From Giardia intestinalis (Eukaryota), in assembly GCA_000002435.2 (NCBI GenBank), contig CM018790.1: a DNA stretch of 64,000 nucleotides; one strand, 5' to 3'. The position numbers were made by a program, and so were the translations under genes. Positions 49,475 to 60,026 of the stretch are shown here, in pieces (position 1 is the stretch's first letter; every line of letters begins with the position of its first letter). The notes under the pieces were generated by a model. That model had not been told where the DNA came from. It did no database searches and was given only the letters and a program-made list of their open reading frames with translations.

Positions 49475-50766
49475 CGAATGGCCTTAATCCTCTTAACGAA
49501 CTTTTTGTAGGCGCCATCACTCTTAGCTTTCTTCTCAGCTATACTCAAAGCGTCAGAACCAGGATCGTGGTCAAACCACTTACTAGTATTCCCATCCTTA
49601 GCCGGTATATGTGCTTCCCTATCCAGTAGCAGCTCAGCACAGTCCAATTTACCATGGTGCAGTGCATACATGAGAGCGGTAGCACCCCAAGAATCCTGCA
49701 TACCCCCCTCCTTCTCGAGTAAGAGCTTGACACAGTCTACATAGCCGTTCTCTGCTGCTAGCATGAGGGCGGTCCAACCATAACCACTCCTCATGCCCCC
49801 CTCCTTCTCCAGGAGTAGTCTGACACACTCTTGGTGGCCATTCTGTGCTGCACATATAAGGGCGGTCTTACCAAATTTATCCTTTATACCCCCCTCTTTC
49901 TCTAGGAGCAACTCGACACAGTCTGGGTGACCATTAGCTGCTGCCCACATGAGGGCTGTCTTCCCGTCATGCCTCTGCATGCCTCCCTGCTTCTCCAGGA
50001 GTAGTCTGACACAGTTTGGGTGACCATTCTGTGCTGCTAGCATGAGGGCGGTCCAACCGTAATCACTCCTCATGCCCCCCTCCTTCTCGAGTAGGAGCTT
50101 GACACAGTCTGTATAGCCATTCTGTGCTGCATTCATGAGTGCTGTCCAGCTATTACCATCCTTCTTCCCCGTTTCCTGAAGATTACTCCTAACTGCATCA
50201 GCATCTCCAATGGAAGCAGCATACATAAGGCTCGTCCAGCCCGAGACATCACGTTCACCCTTGTGCTTCACCAGTAGCTTGACACAGTCTGGGTGGCCGT
50301 TCTCTGCTGCTAGCATGAGGGCTGTCTTCCCATCATGCCTCTGCATACCCCCCTCCTTCTCTAGGAGCAACTCGACACAGTCTGGGTGACCATTAGCTGC
50401 TGCACGCATAAGTGCAGTCCAGCCATCCTTGTTTACCATCCTGCTCTCTTTCTTTAATAGGAGTTTGGTGCATTCTGTGTGGCCATTCTGTGCTACCAGC
50501 ATGAGAGCTGTCTTATCATAATTATCCTTCATACCCCCCTCCTTCTCGAGTAAGAGCTTGACACAGTCTACATAGCCGTTCTCTGCTGCCCACATGAGGG
50601 CTGTCCAGCCATACTCATTCTGCTTACGGATTAGATCGGACGTAGCACCCAGCAATTTCTCGACGCATTCAGAGTCACCCCCCTTAGCAGCCCGCATGAG
50701 CTCGGTCATACCACGCAGGGGGCTGTCGGCTTCAACACCCCTGCGATCAACATCGCTCTGCGCCAT
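49468..50766 (-). CDS. Ankyrin-repeat protein (Giardia 'protein 21.1' family)
   Basis: About 12 tandem ankyrin repeats of the form GWTALM(L/W)AA(Q/E)NGH(P/V)DCV(K/E)LLLEKEGG. Preferred start ATG 50764-50766 (MAQSDVD...), preceded by ggagagaaaataaaaATG. The ORF-track start at 50955 is GTG. The next in-frame ATG at 50950 would add 62 non-ankyrin residues and is judged less likely. Confidence 0.75.
   Translation of the reverse strand: MAQSDVDRRGVEADSPLRGMTELMRAAKGGDSECVEKLLGATSDLIRKQNEYGWTALMWAAENGYVDCVKLLLEKEGGMKDNYDKTALMLVAQNGHTECTKLLLKKESRMVNKDGWTALMRAAANGHPDCVELLLEKEGGMQRHDGKTALMLAAENGHPDCVKLLVKHKGERDVSGWTSLMYAASIGDADAVRSNLQETGKKDGNSWTALMNAAQNGYTDCVKLLLEKEGGMRSDYGWTALMLAAQNGHPNCVRLLLEKQGGMQRHDGKTALMWAAANGHPDCVELLLEKEGGIKDKFGKTALICAAQNGHQECVRLLLEKEGGMRSGYGWTALMLAAENGYVDCVKLLLEKEGGMQDSWGATALMYALHHGKLDCAELLLDREAHIPAKDGNTSKWFDHDPGSDALSIAEKKAKSDGAYKKFVKRIKAIRQ
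49600..50650. repeat. Intragenic tandem DNA repeats (ankyrin modules) with near-identical copies
   Basis: Stretches of ~100-130 nt recur with only a few mismatches. Example: ...catgagggctgtcttcccgtcatgcctctgcatgcctccctgcttctccaggag... at ~49950 versus ...catgagggctgtcttcccatcatgcctctgcatacccccctccttctctaggag... at ~50310. Confidence 0.6.
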
Positions 50767-50959
50767 TTTTATTTTCTCTCCTGGCCAAGTGCATGAGACC
50801 GCAATTATTTCGTAATTTACACTACTCCGGGCTGCGACCGGCCGGAGCTCGCCAAGTAGACCAGCCATCTGAGGCAGAGGCGGACACTTATGTAGGAACC
50901 AAGGGCCTTCCCCTCCTGCTCTATAGACGGATGGCCACGAGACGCGGCACATCACCTAC

Positions 50960-53900
50960 TCGTTGGTAGGGGCTTCTCGACGGCAGTGGAACGCTGCTTC
51001 CTTGTGTTGTGTCCGCAGGTGTCGAGCCCAGGTAACAAGCATGTTGCTGTGTCAGGTTCAGGATCAACTTGCAGGGATGGATTCACTCCACCCACCGGTT
51101 ACTTTCAGTGCTGTGCTGCTCCCCCCAGGCGGGTCAGGCATCCACGCTAACCCGCAGACTTGTGAACGCGTCCGGGACAGCCTCCATTGGAGACTTGGGA
51201 CTCCAGCATTGCAATGGCACGCTGGGCAGCCTGTGCCCTGTCCTCTTGCTGTGTCGGGCTCCTCACTAACGATCCCCGCCGGCTAGGAGCAGGACTGACC
51301 CGCTGGTCGGCTCGCCGGTGCCCGCTCCCTGGTCCCATGTAGAAACGGGAGGGCCTCTCGACTGCCTCGCCTGCGATGACGATGCGAAGGGAGCTCTACC
51401 TCTTCAACAGAGCTTGCCTCCGTCTCCGGATATAGCCAAAGATTCTACGGGTTTACTAATGGAATCTTAGATGTCCACAGGCAGAGGACCGGCAACAGCC
51501 AATTATTTCCAGCATTCTTCTGCTGAGCCCACACCTGCATGCGTGGTCCAAGGATCGCGCAGGTAAGCCAACTTCCCGTGCCGCTTGCGTGAAGACGGGG
51601 CAAGTCAGGGCTGGCGGATCTGGGCTCTCCCGTCAACCTTACTTTGAGCCCAAGCTTTTCTGGAGACCTCCGATGACTCCATCCAATCGACACCTGTGCA
51701 CAAGAACACCCGGTGTCTATCCTTTTCATTGTGTTGGGATCACTCTGGCCTTGGTGATTAGTCGTTCTCCTTTCCTCAACTGACATTATCTACTCAGCGG
51801 AGATCACAGGGGTCAGCTGGAAGTGGTCTGGAGGGCAGTGGGCGATTGACTCTCGGGTCCATCTGACGGCCTCATCAGGTGCTCATTCTCACTTGGACAA
51901 CTTTGATGACTGTGGAATAAACTGTCCATTCTGCATGTAATTGGGGGCGCTCCATTTCTATGGGGCTTTACCCTTCCACCGTAACAGTCCATCCGAGGAT
52001 GTTTCCATATTTATCACGTGCACCTACCAACAAGCCGCGAGTTTAGCCTTTGTCTTTGGTTCTGATCGTTGGAATGATTGCGTCTTCCCCTATATTAAAT
52101 TCCCCTGTCAGACGAAGGATAGACATAACAGCCATCCAGTGCTTCGTATCTAGTCCGGTTGCTTGAACAACCCGCAGTGCTGTCTCGCGTTTGTGTCATG
52201 ATCGAACGTGCTTCCTACCGTTCTCCCTTGCAAGCATTCTACGCACCTGCGAGCTGTATGTTGCTGCCCTAGTCGGGGCTGTGTTTCTACAGATGGTAGC
52301 CCTAACCCTATGCAACGAGCTACCTTCTCTTGAAAAAGGTTATAAAAAATAGGTCTTTCATGGGACTTTCAGGCCAGTCTGCAGGCAGGGCCCCAAAAGC
52401 ATTACACTGAACCTATTTGGATGGTGGGATAGGCACGTTCTCAGAGGATTCCGCCAGGTAGCAGGCGCTTTAGTCACACCGAGCGAGTAGACGCGGAACT
52501 ATAACAGGGCCTTAGGTCGTCTTCTCTGGCCGTCTCCCGTCTAGCATTCGTCCAATAGCCAGCACCAGACCGAAGTCTCAGCCTTAGACGGGCAGTCGTC
52601 ACATCGCGCTAGACTCCGGCTTCCTTAATCAAGGGGCCATTCAACGCGGAGCTCTTCCGGATACACAGCCCCCCGGATGGACCAGCTCAACAAGCCTCCT
52701 TGCAGGGGACCTCGTTGGGCATGGCTGGCGGCCGTCGGCTCCTGAGCAGGGGAGCTCATCCATTTCCCGGCGGTGGGCAGTGCACCCCCTCCGGCGCACC
52801 CACTCGTGCCAGGAGGCGTGTACAGGACGATCAGAGATGTAGTTGTGCCTGATGGCCACATCCAGGATGCAGACATGGAGGTAATAGTATACCTGTCAAG
52901 ACAGCACACGACTTCCCTACAGCTCCTTGGCGTGTCGGCGCACGCAGGCAGAGGACCAGCCAGGGTGGACTCCGTGGCTGACCAGCTGCACATCAGCCCT
53001 AGCTCACGGCCCAGAGAGCATTCAGTCGCCTGTTACCGGACGGGCCTGTCTGGTAGATCGTTGGCCCAGACCGCGGTGTTCGAGTCGTCTGCGCACACGG
53101 GAGAGACCTGCCTTCTCCTGCTGTGTGTGGTCTCTTCAACGATGTGTAAGCTGCGTCTGGTGGGCCCTGCGCTGTGCCGTGGTTGAGCATGCTGCACGCT
53201 CTAGGCATGACGGCCTCGCCACTGACCAGGCTCCGGCCATTAGCTGCTCCTACCAACCACTCTTCGCCAACCACCGAGCAAGCCGGGCTCTTCAGTCTTT
53301 AGCCCTTACTGGGGCACGTATCAGCGCACCCAGGCACGCCTCCGTAGCCCACAGGGGGGAAGCATGGCACGCACGCGAAGGCAACGGGCGACCCGAGGAG
53401 ACCCTGGCCCGTCTGGAGCGGGAGGACGCCGGGCCCAGGAACGACCCCGGGCGGGAGGGCGAGGACGAGGCACCCCGGCGCGTGCGGGGGCAGAAGCGCA
53501 GAGACCGCGCCCGGGGCAACAAAGACCGGCCCCCCGACGGGCGGCACCAGCGGAGGCGCGGCGCAACCAAGAACGCAGGGGGGCGGGGGAGAGGCCGCCA
53601 CAGGAGATGCCTCCTCCTCCTGCTTGGCCGCCCTCGGGCCGTATGTGCGGCGCGGCAGCACCACCCCGTGCTCCTCCAGGGCGGCGCGGACGTCCTGGGT
53701 GCGGAGCGCGTTGTTGTACGTCATCCGCAGCTCCTGGCGCGGATACTTCATCCCGAAGCGCTCGTGGACCCTGCGGTAGAAGTCCGGGCCCAGGATGCTC
53801 CGGTCCCTGACCCCGGCGATGATCATCGCCTTGATGGCCCTGCGGTCCTCGCCGGTCATCTTCACGTTGAGGATGCTCCGCGAGTGCGTCTCGCGGTACC

Positions 53901-56730
53901 AGTGGTAGATCCTGCTCCGGTCCTCGGACAGGGCGCGGGCGATCTTCTTCCAGTCGATGGCCGTCCGGAGCACGTGCCGGTGGAGGAGCAGCGGCCGCCG
54001 CACGAGGCTCTCGGCCGTCTCCCCCAGCCGCCGGGCAGCGACGACCTGCTTCGCGAGCTCGAGCAGAACGGAGGCGCGCGTCTCCGCCGTCATTGCCCCA
54101 GAGCCCATCCGATAGAAGCGGCGATAAAACTAAAAACAGACCAACGAATAATGTGAAATTAAATATGTACAGGCCTTGCACAAAAGCTTTAGCGGGTGTT
54201 TGTTGCCTGCCTGCCCCGGTCCGTCGGGCGAGCAGGGCGCCCCCATCCGGGCCATCGCCGCAGTACGAGTTGGCTTAGGCCGCCACACAGAACAGACTGC
54301 TTTACATACAGCGGCGCCGGGGCTGATGTATTGATCGGAGTTTTTTGGTATTGCCGAGGACCCCTGCCCTCGGCCGCTAGGGAGAGCCGCACCCTGCGCA
54401 GCCCCGGTTTGTCTGCATATGCCCAGAGCTCTGCGGAGGCGGGCAGGCTGGGGCCGTCCCCCTCGTTCGGGGCATCGCCGACGACGAGCTGCTGCCTGCG
54501 GCCTGCGAGGTCCTCCGCTCTGAGAGGGGCCACCGAGTGTCGTGGGCCGCAGCGCTCTGCAAGGCCTGCACACGACCAGAGGCTGCCCAGTTTTTTGAGC
54601 AGTTGGCTCTGGCGCGGATTCTGCGGACGCCTGCTGCCGGCCCGGTCTACAGGGGCGCCCGCGTGTCTACTGTGGCCTGGTGTGCGTGCCTGCGCGTCCT
54701 CCTGCGGCGGCTCCCCTTATGGCGCAGAAAGCCCCGCCTGTCCCCTCCCACCGGGTTCTCCCGACGTGCTCTCTACCGCGCCCAGCCGAGTTTCCAGCGA
54801 ACAAAGGAGTGGCATGACCAAATCAGTCGCCAGATTACAGTGTGATCTGCGGCCGCGAATCTTGCTGGCATCTTACGTGACAGTGGCTCTGGGTGTGCCC
54901 GTTCAGCAGCAGCTGCCTTGAACATAGATACTTAACGTGACCCGTATGCTAATATCTGCTCGCTCAATCTGTACAGAAGGATCTAACGGTATGCCGGCTA
55001 GAGCAGTAGGACTCGTCAGGCGAGCACACCGGAATTGCGTGGAGTACGCATCTCTAAAGGCTTGCATGCCTGGATCTGTGCTCGTCTTCTCACTGAGACC
55101 CCAGTACAGCGAAAGCGTTTAATATAAACAGAAAGCCGTGGTGTCGCTAGGGTCTATTCGGGCCGCTCAACTATACCGAATCATTCCTACCGGTAAAGCC
55201 TGACTGCTTGCTACTAAGCAGAAGAAAGCGACTCCATGGCGGCCAAGCGTGGAATCGGTACGCTGTCAAGCCTCTCGATTCAGATGCAGAGTCTGCAATG
55301 TCCACGTGAGTAGCACACCACCTGGTTGCCGCTTGCCTGTTATAGACTGCAAATCGACACGTAGGCTCGCAGGTCGGCTGCATCTTACTCGGAAATACAA
55401 GACGCTGCTCCTGTCTGGATCACAGATGCGAATCGCCGGTCCCGATGCGCACGAGTGTTACAGAGTAACAAGGAGAGCACCCGTCTATGGCACACAGTCA
55501 CAATTCGAGTGGTGTCCAGCTCTCCTGGAGAAGAGGCATGCCACGATCAACGGCATACTGCTTTGAACACCAGTAAGCACACCTACTATGTCTGCGAGGC
55601 CGAGGGCGGCCGTATCCCCAGCTACTACTTGTCACTCGGACGCACATGTGTGACGAGACGTGCGGGCGCCCTTCATAAAGGCCTCCTGATGCGCAACACA
55701 CGGCCCAACCGCCTCTTCTCTGAGAGACAGATGGATTTTGCTTGTAGTGAGCCATGCTAGCGTAACGGACTTCTGAACACGTCCCTCTGTTGAGGATTCA
55801 GCGGCTACGCACTGGGGCTAGACACGCGTGTTCTGTGGCCAACACGGGACTTGGCCGAGCAAAGGAGGTAACGAGTCGGCGCTTCTGGCCCGATGCTCTG
55901 CGTGACTGCGCCAGAGACCAGGCTGCCAACGTGCCGGTTAAGGAGAAGACGCGATGATCCACCATCGAGGACTGCAGTACCTGCGGAGACGGGCAGGAGC
56001 GACTTTTTATGACCACGAGCCTGAGCCCTTTAAGGTCTGTGCCAGGCTCTTCGCATTACACAGCTCCTCCTCGTGTGTGCCCTCAGAGAGAGCGAACATC
56101 CTCTTCGACAAGCACTTCTGTGGACACCACAGCAGGGATGCATAGTTCCGCGCTGACCATGCCTTAGCCCCATTGGGGTTGGTGACAAAACTACGACTTC
56201 CCTGTCACGAGACATTACGCTCTGTACAGAAGAATGCCAGCGAGTCATGCAAGGCCTGTGGATCTGTCCTTCAACCTTCTTCTGACAGATGTGTGTCTTT
56301 TGACATGCAGCTCTGCATTGCATGACGGTTCGCCCTCCAAGTGATGGTCTAGAGGACTCAACGCAGTGGTTCCCAAGATATGTGTCCTGAACAGAAGATT
56401 ATACGATCATATACCTCTGAATGTGCACAACATGATTCAATGCTTGCTTTAACGCCCTGTATTCTGATAGTCATAATTTATTTGCATGCCTTTAAAGAAC
56501 TTATCGTTTAAGCTGTTACCGATTTTGGTGCTGCAACTTATTTGCCGCATCTTATCACAAAAGCTTGATATCAAGATATCTTTCACAGACATGAAATAGT
56601 AACCCATGTGTCAGTTTGAATAAATATAAGCGTCCATAGCCTGGTGCTACCAAACAAGCGACGGTGGATGAGTAAATTGAAATGACAAAAGATATAAGAA
56701 GGAAGAGGTACGGCTAAAGATTTCAAAATT
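50960..56730. other. GC-rich, ORF-poor block of ~5.7 kb, atypical for the compact Giardia genome, containing one embedded GC3-rich gene
   Basis: Apart from 53299-54108 there is no ORF over ~400 nt on either strand. The longest ORFs are Arg/Pro/Gly-rich shadow frames of GC-rich sequence. GC content is visibly higher than the flanks, and 56400-56730 reverts to AT-rich. Confidence 0.5.
53299..54108 (-). CDS. GC3-extreme ORF encoding a putative helix-turn-helix (Myb/SANT-like) DNA-binding protein with a Pro-rich C-terminal tail
   Basis: ATG at 54106-54108, preceded on its own strand by ttttagttttatcgccgcttctatcggATG. The first ~170 codons almost exclusively end in G/C. Myb/SANT-like spacing in ...LRTAIDWKKIARALSEDRSRIYHWYRE... 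and a second helical unit EDRRAIKAMIIAGVRDRSILGPDFYRRVHERFG. The overlapping ORFs 52927-54156 (+) and 53321-54181 (-) are Arg-rich shadows. Confidence 0.45.
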   Translation of the reverse strand: MGSGAMTAETRASVLLELAKQVVAARRLGETAESLVRRPLLLHRHVLRTAIDWKKIARALSEDRSRIYHWYRETHSRSILNVKMTGEDRRAIKAMIIAGVRDRSILGPDFYRRVHERFGMKYPRQELRMTYNNALRTQDVRAALEEHGVVLPRRTYGPRAAKQEEEASPVAASPPPPCVLGCAAPPLVPPVGGPVFVAPGAVSALLPPHAPGCLVLALPPGVVPGPGVLPLQTGQGLLGSPVAFACVPCFPPVGYGGVPGCADTCPSKG

Positions 56731-56733
56731 TTA

Positions 56734-59700
56734 ATGACTAGCGCTGGGAATCAAGCCGGTCCAACCGCTTCCGGAAAGGAAGTTAACATAGCGGTAGTAG
56801 TGCGTGCACGGCCTCTGAACACACGCGAGGTTGCTCACAGTTCTAAGTCGGTGGTCCGGATTAACACGTCTGCTAATGTTATCGAGATCAGTCAGCAAAA
56901 TAGACAGCAAGCAAAGACTTATTTCTTTGACAAAGTATTCGACGAAACCGCCAGCCAAGAGTTCTTTTATAGACAAGTCGTATCTCCAGTAGTCAAGGAC
57001 TTCCTCGATGGATTTAATTGTACTCTCTTTGCTTACGGTCAGACAGGAACAGGGAAAACATATACAATGATAGGTGATCAAGGGCATTTTACGGGGGACC
57101 GGAGGGTAAAATACGTCGATTTTTCCACCATCCCTCACGCAGGCATGATACCCAGGGTAAGTAATGAGATTTTCTCTGTGCTTGATAGTCAAAATGCAGA
57201 TTACCAAGTTCGCGTTTCGCACATGGAGGTCTATTGTGAAGAAATCTATGACTTACTCAAAGATTCATCTGACGAGCGAGAGGCGCTTAAACTTTTCGAA
57301 GAGCGGTCTTCATACGGAGTTACTCCAAAAGGTCATAGAGCAGATGAGGCTAAAGAATCCAAAGACTCTACTGCCCTGCCCTCCACCAACCTTCTTCAAC
57401 CAGGGGACAAAGCAGGTGGAAGACTCGTTATTTTGGGCCTTGAGGAGGTTCTTGTCAAATCTCCTGGGGAGATCATGTCTCTTTTGATTAAGTCGACCGA
57501 GAATCGACGCGTGGCAGAGACTAAGATGAATTCCAGCTCATCACGCTCTCATTCCATCTTCACTATATGTCTAATTGTAAAGGAAACGGCGCCTTCTTCT
57601 AATAACAATACCGATATCGATGTCATACGTATTTCGAAGCTGAACCTTGTGGACTTGGCAGGTAGCGAATCAGCCGGTAAATCGGGTGCATCAGGAGATC
57701 GCCAGCAAGAAGCCAGTAAGATAAATAAGAGCCTTCTTACGCTTGGCCGTGTCATCAACGCTCTCACAGAGACAAAGCAGCATATTCCGTACAGAGAGTC
57801 TAAGCTGACCCGTCTACTACAGGATTCACTCGGTGGCCGAACAAAGACATGCATAATTGCGACCATTACCACAGCAGACCTGGCATTAGACGAAACCACT
57901 AACACCCTAGAGTACATGTCAAGAGCTAAGAAGATCAAAAATCTACCAGAGGTGACCACGAAGATTAGCGGCAAATCCGTATTGAAGGAATACTCCCTGG
58001 AGATAAAGCGCCTACGGGAGCTGCTCTCTGCTCAAAAGGATGCTCAGGGAGGAATCTTTCTTACCGTTGAAAACTATGACGAGATGAATGAGGCGGCGCG
58101 CGTTAACAAGGCCCAGATCGCAGACCTAGAAGCGCGGATACAGCAAGCAACTAAGGAGATGGAGCGAGTCACCGCACTGTTGGTTTCAGGGGAGCAGAAG
58201 GTCGAGAAGCTGAAGCTAGCTTTGAATAAGACGGTAGAAAAGGTGAATGAGCTCCACGAGGAGAAGTGTCGGCTTTATGAGAAGATTGTTCTTGGTCGTG
58301 ATAAAGAAAAGATTAACGCAGCACAGCTGGATCACCTTAGGGCTAACGGGGCCTCTCTCATTCTTGAAAATGTATTTGGTCTAGATTCTCTTCGTCACAT
58401 GATTGATAAGAGCGGGATTTCCTCTGCGATAATAGAGATAGAGAAAACCGTATCTGCTTGCAAGGCAGAGCTCTCACTCTTCTCAAAAGCCCTTACCCAG
58501 GTCCTAGATGAGCATAAGAGGAACTTAGATGGTGGCTTGGAAAAGCTGTTGGAGAAGCTTATGGTTCCTGTTCTCAAAAGCTCTGCAGAAGTGCTTGGTA
58601 CAAGCATTCCAGGACTTTTAGAGACAGACTTATTGGGGAAGTTGTCGTCTGAGATGAAAAGCCATCTTATGGAGGAGGCACGACAAGGATTATCTTCCTT
58701 TATTGTTAATCCTCAAATCGAGCTCCTTCGCAAGCTGACAGAAGGGTCTACTGCATCCCTGGGCTTACTTGATAACTTGTCTAGTGCGCTCGATAAGTCT
58801 TCCGAATCGGTTCAGTTGCTACTGCAAAATATCTTAGCGCAGATTCAGGTTTTTGCTGAGAAGGAAACAGCATTTCTTTCGGGGCTGGATTCATTTCTAG
58901 CAAGAGAAGTGGAGCATCGTACGCACGCACTGGTCTCTAATCTGGAGAAACAGCTGCAAGCCGCGCACAAAAGTGTTCTTTCGGAGTTTACTGAAGTGCT
59001 AAGATCTAGTACTCAGGAGTTGAAGGACAGTCTCGCTAATCAGTGCAATACTCAACATGGTCGGATCGGCGTACTGACAGATACTGTCGACACATGGAGA
59101 GCTAAAGACGTACCTACTGTAGTTGAAAGATACGCAGACATCACTCGACAACTCAGTGAGCTCCGTTCGTCCATGAACCTTTCTCAAGCCATCGTGTCTA
59201 GTCACACAGACTCTGTCAAGGACGCTACGTCTAAGTATGAAGAGCTTCTTGAGAGGTCTTTTGATAAGGAGGTAACAGGAAGTATAGCGGCACCCATTAC
59301 CAAATCCATAAAACAGCTAACACAGATTGGGGAAACATTAATGGACATGATGGATGCCTTCACAGTCCAGCTAGGCAGCATCTCTAATACATCTCATGCT
59401 ACGCTTGTGGAGAGAACTGCGCAACTTTCTCACACATATATTCAGGAAGGTGTTGTAGACAAACTTCTGAGCGGGGCTGTGCTAGATTCTACAATTCGAG
59501 ATAGTGCTCCAGCAATTTCCTTGCTGGCCGCAGATCTTGAGAAGGATTGTTTGGCCACTGCTGACGGTGCCTCAGAGGGCACCTTTGCTATGGTTACCAA
59601 CATGGCCGTGTGCTCCATCTCAGATCTGATCAGTCGCTTTGAGGCTTCTGTAGCGTCTGCATTCTCAACCCTGGTTTCTAATTTCCACCTTACGCCTGTT

Positions 59701-59934
59701 ATTCAGACTGGTGGGTCTTCTTTGCAGACCCCTGCTTTGGCGACACCCAATGTACGGCCCATTTCCCTCGCCCAAACACATACTGAATTTGTCTATGGAG
59801 TAGTTACCCCATCTGTTCCTCTTAATAAGAGCATCTCAAATAAAGAGCCCCTAGCTACTATGCAAAAGCTCAACGAGTCCGGCAATCCAACTCCAACCAA
59901 AGCACCCACAGGAGCGTCACCACCTCAAAAATAA
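56734..59934 (+). CDS. Kinesin-5 (BimC/Eg5 family) motor protein
   Basis: N-terminal motor domain with P-loop FAYGQTGTGKTYTM, switch II LVDLAGSE, and HIPYRESKLTRLLQDSLGGRTKT. The kinesin-5 neck linker IKNLPEVTTKISGKSVLKEYSLEIKRLRELL is present, followed by GIFLTVENY. A long coiled-coil stalk/tail follows. ATG at 56734 after tttcaaaattttaATG. Confidence 0.85.
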   Translation: MTSAGNQAGPTASGKEVNIAVVVRARPLNTREVAHSSKSVVRINTSANVIEISQQNRQQAKTYFFDKVFDETASQEFFYRQVVSPVVKDFLDGFNCTLFAYGQTGTGKTYTMIGDQGHFTGDRRVKYVDFSTIPHAGMIPRVSNEIFSVLDSQNADYQVRVSHMEVYCEEIYDLLKDSSDEREALKLFEERSSYGVTPKGHRADEAKESKDSTALPSTNLLQPGDKAGGRLVILGLEEVLVKSPGEIMSLLIKSTENRRVAETKMNSSSSRSHSIFTICLIVKETAPSSNNNTDIDVIRISKLNLVDLAGSESAGKSGASGDRQQEASKINKSLLTLGRVINALTETKQHIPYRESKLTRLLQDSLGGRTKTCIIATITTADLALDETTNTLEYMSRAKKIKNLPEVTTKISGKSVLKEYSLEIKRLRELLSAQKDAQGGIFLTVENYDEMNEAARVNKAQIADLEARIQQATKEMERVTALLVSGEQKVEKLKLALNKTVEKVNELHEEKCRLYEKIVLGRDKEKINAAQLDHLRANGASLILENVFGLDSLRHMIDKSGISSAIIEIEKTVSACKAELSLFSKALTQVLDEHKRNLDGGLEKLLEKLMVPVLKSSAEVLGTSIPGLLETDLLGKLSSEMKSHLMEEARQGLSSFIVNPQIELLRKLTEGSTASLGLLDNLSSALDKSSESVQLLLQNILAQIQVFAEKETAFLSGLDSFLAREVEHRTHALVSNLEKQLQAAHKSVLSEFTEVLRSSTQELKDSLANQCNTQHGRIGVLTDTVDTWRAKDVPTVVERYADITRQLSELRSSMNLSQAIVSSHTDSVKDATSKYEELLERSFDKEVTGSIAAPITKSIKQLTQIGETLMDMMDAFTVQLGSISNTSHATLVERTAQLSHTYIQEGVVDKLLSGAVLDSTIRDSAPAISLLAADLEKDCLATADGASEGTFAMVTNMAVCSISDLISRFEASVASAFSTLVSNFHLTPVIQTGGSSLQTPALATPNVRPISLAQTHTEFVYGVVTPSVPLNKSISNKEPLATMQKLNESGNPTPTKAPTGASPPQK

Positions 59935-60026
59935 CGCTCACCATGACCATTGAAACACCTGTTATGCCTGGCAGATGTAATAAAAATTCACTCTCAGTGC
60001 CTCGATAGAGACAACAAAGCAATTAG

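Noticed and set aside
52927-54181. 409-aa (+) and 286-aa (-) ORFs overlapping the 53299-54108 gene
   Set aside because: Their translations are Arg/Pro/Gly homopolymer-like (RRRGATKNAGGRGRGRHRR...), the signature of wrong-frame reading of GC3-biased coding DNA. Only the 53299-54108 frame shows ordered codon bias and an ATG with an A/T-rich leader.
50960-56400. rDNA unit or telomeric/subtelomeric repeat as explanation of the GC-rich block
   Set aside because: There are no TAGGG telomere repeat arrays and no SSU rRNA 5' signature (CATCCGGTCGATCCTGCC). The block is flanked by ordinary single-copy genes on both sides.
50960-56400. Intact non-LTR retrotransposon (GilM/GilT)
   Set aside because: No long ORF and no reverse-transcriptase (YADD/FADD) or endonuclease motifs were seen in any frame. 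Only a degenerate remnant remains possible.
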